From Podarcis tiliguerta (Eukaryota), in NCBI GenBank assembly GCA_965153285.1, contig OZ229112.1: DNA of 64,000 nt, one strand, 5' to 3'. Made by a program: the position numbers and the translations under genes. The stretch's first letter is position 1; every line of letters starts with the position of its first letter. Shown here piece by piece: positions 62,486-64,000 of the stretch. The notes under the pieces are model-generated. The model ran no database searches, was not told where the DNA came from, and saw only the letters and a list, made by a program, of their open reading frames with translations.

Positions 62486-64000
62486 AGTTTGGTGCTTTTA
62501 TCATGCCTTTTAACAAATCTGAATCTTTTGCACTAGGGCCAAAAAGAAGCAATGCATTCTGTTATGCAGGGATTCAGATTTCCTCCCCTCCAAAAAAAAT
62601 CAATGCACACAAGAGAAGAAACCAAAGATCTCTCTTGTGGCAGAGGGCAGAATACAAGTGAATACACATTTGGATTCCAGATACTCAATGGAGAGCTGGA
62701 AAGATTAGAAGTACTTGAAAAGCTGGGTCAACTTCTGTAAAAAAATGTAGTTTGATAAACACTCCACATGTAGGATCAAAGCTGCTTCTAACAACCTGGA
62801 TTTTATTGTATTTGTGTATAGAGCAGACATTTTATATGTATAATACACACACATCCCTACCCTGACCCAGGGATAATGGAAGCTTTTCCCAGGGCAAATG
62901 CTTCCCTTAGCAGATTTTTGTTGTTGTTCTTTTAAGAATATAATCTTATAATCTCAAAAGTGTCCAATAGCCATTTTCAGCATGATTTGGGTGCGTGGCC
63001 TTGCAGAATGTTGGCTGCCTTGCTTAATAAAATCTTTAATTTAGAGCCTGCTGTTTTGATTGCTGCTATAAAACCTGTTGGGAAGCTTTAAAGTTGGCAG
63101 ATTTGGGGTTGGAACTGGACTAGCTCCCAGATTTCTAGCCCTGATGTTCCCAAACTTCATCTGTTTAGTTAAGACTATGATGTGGCTGTACATAAGCAGC
63201 TGTCTAGCGTTTGGAAAGCTGCGTTCCTTGCCCCTTGCAACTTGCTCTCTAAGTTTGCTCATTATTTGAGAATTTGCTAATTTAATGCAAATTGTTAAAT
63301 GACTGCGTATGATGTTTAGACCTAGGTCACAAGGCAGAAGTAACCTTGTGCCAGGGCTGCATTGCTTCAGACTGAAGTGGGTTTCACATGATGGGACAGA
63401 CCTCTATGCCCCTCCTCTTAAAATAAAGAACCTTTCTACAGAGAAAACTAGGGAGTCAGTTAAGGATGGGTGAAGCTCAAATACAAGTTAATAGTAGCTC
63501 AAGCATTCAGATTTAAGCTGCAGGTAACACAGGGAAAAGCAAGTTCCTGCGTTAGAGAAGATCAGCCTCAACTGTTTGACCAGAATGAAAATGGAGGTGG
63601 GATCTAACTGTAATATCTACAGAAATGTCCTCCCCTGTAGAGATGAATTTCACACAATATCTCATCTAGAAACGAAAGCATTGCCCTGAAGAGATGGATG
63701 AGCCCTAGAGACTTGACAGAAGTGTCCACCTCCAGGGAGATCAATAACTTGCAGAATAGGGATCATCTGATTTAGGAAGGATATAAGTTGGCATTAAGTA
63801 GACAAGAACACCAACCCACAGCAGTTGCATAGTGGGCAGAAGAGCCGTTAAAAGTTTGCCTTCTGCTTCCTTAAACATAACTCTATAGGCAAAGCAAGCC
63901 AAAAGGACGTTTGTTCTGTTTAAACTGGCCTTAACAAACCCTGTCGTTTAACATACTGAAGAGGGTTTGGTCCTTCTGAAAGCCTGTCTGTTTCTTCACT

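Noticed and set aside
50798-64000. Further PTPRK exons
   Set aside because: No frame resembling the MAM-domain start (GCTFD...) was seen. The region is repeat-rich intron.

Overview
Eukaryotic (vertebrate) genomic DNA. The repeat content, notably Sauria SINEs with (ACCTTT)n tails, points to a squamate reptile, probably a lacertid lizard (inference). The only host protein-coding feature is the first coding exon of the receptor tyrosine phosphatase PTPRK (+ strand, 50695-50797, signal peptide ending ...GQFSA|G). It lies in a CpG island and is followed by the start of a long intron 1. The ~50 kb upstream is intergenic and repeat-rich. The most interesting object is a young Ngaro-type (DIRS-order, tyrosine-recombinase) retrotransposon at 184-4722 (- strand). 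It has identical split direct repeats (A1...B1-A2-B2) and a TTGT crossover core at both ends and at the internal circle junction. It appears internally deleted: a probable ORF1 start is fused to the last ~58 codons of the recombinase, and no RT/RNase H is visible. It nevertheless keeps an intact SGNH hydrolase frame that has no ATG and sits behind a strong splice acceptor. Also present: an RPS6 processed pseudogene with a 16-bp TSD and a G-run in place of poly(A), an L1-clade insertion with a twin-priming 5' inversion, a solo LTR, RTE/Penelope/CR1/L2 fragments, several SINE families and MITEs. There is a 195-N assembly gap at 2303-2497.
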